Shown here: positions 63,978 through 64,000 of the stretch, piece by piece
Position numbering within the stretch: position 1 is the first letter of the stretch
How the letters are laid out: each line of letters begins with the position of its first letter
NCBI GenBank assembly: GCA_045638585.1
Contig: JAZUBO010000006.1
Span: 7,907 to 71,906, forward strand
Length of the DNA: 64,000 nucleotides
From: Acutalibacteraceae bacterium
GTDB lineage: Bacteria > Bacillota > Clostridia > Oscillospirales > Acutalibacteraceae
Direction of reading: 5' to 3'
Made by a program: the position numbers and the translations under genes
The notes under the pieces: model-generated
What the model was told of the DNA's origin: nothing
Seen by the model: only the letters and a program-made list of their open reading frames with translations
Databases searched by the model: none

Positions 63978-64000
63978 AACTAAGTTTGCCCTTACGGGCA

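Noticed and set aside
1-64000. Mobile elements, prophage, defence islands, CRISPR-Cas or diversity-generating retroelements anywhere in the window
   Set aside because: I scanned all ORFs of at least 60 aa for transposase DDE/HUH, tyrosine/serine recombinase, reverse transcriptase, Cas, restriction-modification, terminase/capsid or toxin-antitoxin hallmarks and recognised none. The only mobility traces are the tRNA-Thr remnants and the palindromic element, both reported as findings.

Overview
This 64-kb window is chromosomal core sequence from a low-GC, spore-forming member of the Clostridia. A dockerin-tagged secreted protease together with spoIIAA-spoIIAB-sigF and gpr-spoIIP suggests a Ruminococcus/Oscillospiraceae-like organism; that is inference, not a search result. 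Nearly all coding capacity is housekeeping: asnA, typA, and a complete his operon led by a YerC-type regulator and a fused hisZ-hisG. Also present are a teichoic-acid tagF/tagD cluster, the sigma-F operon, pgk-tpiA-gpmI, ychF, pgi, yceD-rpmF, a DUF512 gene with der, darA, and GT2/GtrA glycosylation genes. There are two tRNAs. Accessory-looking stretches are (i) a two-component system, then an operon for a membrane protein, a radical-SAM/SPASM enzyme and a serine hydrolase, followed by a BlaI/BlaR1-like pair (8-17.3 kb); (ii) a tRNA-Thr locus with tRNA remnants bracketing one orphan gene (17.3-18.7 kb); (iii) a cobalamin-riboswitch-controlled lipoprotein/S-component pair (29-30.2 kb); (iv) two orphan membrane proteins (40.8-42.7 kb); (v) an ABC exporter with an extra N-terminal module plus a small partner gene (55.1-57.9 kb). 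I found no transposase, integrase, phage, CRISPR, reverse transcriptase or recognisable defence gene, and I cannot point to a convincing new multi-gene system. The most unexplained object is a ~280-nt nested-palindrome element at 58314-58597, with a closing 27-bp stem, two ~105-nt rod hairpins and a U7 tail, in a 430-bp non-coding gap. All calls come from reading motifs and pairings by eye; no database search or folding program was run.
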